A program made the translations under genes and the position numbers. DNA of 32,000 nt from Nostoc punctiforme PCC 73102 (GTDB lineage Bacteria > Cyanobacteriota > Cyanobacteriia > Cyanobacteriales > Nostocaceae), in contig NC_010628.1 in assembly GCF_000020025.1 (NCBI RefSeq), positions 1,500,001 to 1,532,000 of the forward strand. Reading direction: 5' to 3'. Within the stretch, counting starts at the first letter, position 1. Each line of letters begins with the position of its first letter. The notes beneath the pieces were generated by a model that saw only the letters and a program-made list of their open reading frames with translations, ran no database searches and had not been told where the DNA came from. Positions 30,908 through 32,000 of the stretch are shown piece after piece.

Positions 30908-32000
30908 TCAGCATTGCTTTTGCAGTTCTTTCTCTAAACTGAAGACTGGCTTTTGTTGTCCACGTTTCCGCAATGTGATGGTAGCAGCCCCAAGTCCAAG
31001 CAATGCTAAACCTAATGCTGAACCAGGTTCAGGTACTTGCTTTCTGCCCTCTACGTTTATTACTTGGACGCGACCTTGGAAGAAATCGCCCACGTAAAGC
31101 TTGCCATCTTTATAGCTTGTGCCACCCGTCCAGTTAAATCTGCCGGGGGTGAGGTCGAGGGGATTGCCAAAAGGAGGACCAGTTAATGCTGGAGGCGGTA
31201 CCGGATTACCTGATGCATCGCGGGCATTTTCACCGAAGGAAGTCAAGAAGTTACCATTTTTATCAAACACCTGTACGCGGCTGTTGATAGAATCAGCTAC
31301 ATAAACATTCTCTTGGTCGTCCACTTCGATGCCAATTGGCTGAAGAAGCTGTCCAGGTCCGCTACCTGCTGAACCAAATGCCAACAGAGGATTACCATTT
31401 GGATCGAGTACTTGAACGCGGTTGTTATACTGGTCAGCTACAAAGATATTTCCACTAACTGGGGAAATTCTTAAACCTGCTACACCTTGGAATTGCCCAG
31501 GTGCAGTGCCCAGAGTGCCACCAATGACACCAATTTGCTGTCCGTCTGGTGTGAATTTAAGGATTCTTTCGCCATTAAAATCACCGATGTACACGTTGCC
31601 AGTTTTGTCAAATGTCACACCAGATGGCCCAAAGAAAAGCCTACCCTCTACGAGAGGGGTAAATTCTCCATTTGCAAAGGATCTAATAAAGTTACCCTGA
31701 GAATCGAATTGATTGATGCGGTTGTTGTAAACATCACCTGCATACAAATCCCCTGTTACGGGATTAAAGTCTACAGTTGTTGGCTCGTCAAACTGTCCGG
31801 GCCCTGTGCCACCGGAGCCAATTGCCCCAATATACTGGCCGCTTGGACTAAATTTTTCAATTTTGTTACCGACGTTGTAGTTAGGAGTACCATCCGGGTT
31901 AACACCGCGTCCGTTAGCTATGAGCGTATTCCCTTGGCTATCCACCGTTATGCCTTGGGGAACAAAGAGTTCTCCAGGACCAAAGCCGGGGCTACCAATA
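30908..32000 (-). CDS. scyF: NHL-repeat beta-propeller protein with C-terminal PEP-CTERM-like anchor (scyF-like), 5' end beyond the window
   Basis: NHL units of the form G.GPGQF..P.G..VD..GN.YVAD..N.R.Q.F recur. The C-terminus reads VPEPGSALGLALLGLGAATITLRKRG. The frame stays open from 31945 to 32000 (…IGSPGFGPGELFVPQGITVDSQGN), so the GTG at 31945 in the track is not the real start. Confidence 0.85.
   Translation of the reverse strand, partial: IGSPGFGPGELFVPQGITVDSQGNTLIANGRGVNPDGTPNYNVGNKIEKFSPSGQYIGAIGSGGTGPGQFDEPTTVDFNPVTGDLYAGDVYNNRINQFDSQGNFIRSFANGEFTPLVEGRLFFGPSGVTFDKTGNVYIGDFNGERILKFTPDGQQIGVIGGTLGTAPGQFQGVAGLRISPVSGNIFVADQYNNRVQVLDPNGNPLLAFGSAGSGPGQLLQPIGIEVDDQENVYVADSINSRVQVFDKNGNFLTSFGENARDASGNPVPPPALTGPPFGNPLDLTPGRFNWTGGTSYKDGKLYVGDFFQGRVQVINVEGRKQVPEPGSALGLALLGLGAATITLRKRGQQKPVFSLEKELQKQC

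Overview
This looks like a chromosomal segment of a filamentous, Nostocales-type cyanobacterium. It carries more than twenty HIP1 palindromes (GCGATCGC), STRR1/STRR2 heptamer repeats and several dispersed hairpin repeat families. From left to right it contains five blocks. (i) A partial divergent ORF, then a NACHT-family STAND NTPase. Its N-terminal module is cut off by a frameshift, and its C-terminus is 14 near-identical 35-aa HEAT-like repeats with hypervariable positions. (ii) A PaaK/F390-synthetase-like adenylating enzyme, divergent from two tandem paralogous Zn-ribbon Ser/Thr kinases. (iii) A visibly AT-rich islet with an OlsB-like GNAT N-acyltransferase and a small 4-TM SMR/EamA-like protein. 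(iv) Ordinary-looking genes: a Ser/Thr dehydratase-like enzyme, an SDR and a degenerate HMA protein. (v) From 14.9 kb to the right edge, 13 co-directional minus-strand genes. In order of transcription these are a scyF-like NHL/PEP-CTERM protein, a GT4 glycosyltransferase, T-protein-like tyrA, dsbA, aroB, fused trpE(G), trpC, trpA, a secreted tyrosinase, trpB, trpD, aroG and a glycine-zipper membrane protein. That order matches what I recall for the downstream half of the scytonemin (UV sunscreen) cluster of Nostoc punctiforme. The main system here is therefore probably already known, and scyA-E would lie beyond the right edge. Several things are less well explained: two different 21-nt tandem arrays in operon spacers, heptamer repeats inside coding sequence (trpD, the trpE tail, a kinase start), the split NACHT gene with its hypervariable repeat array, and the AT-rich GNAT islet. 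I recognised no rRNA, tRNA, CRISPR array or transposase gene.
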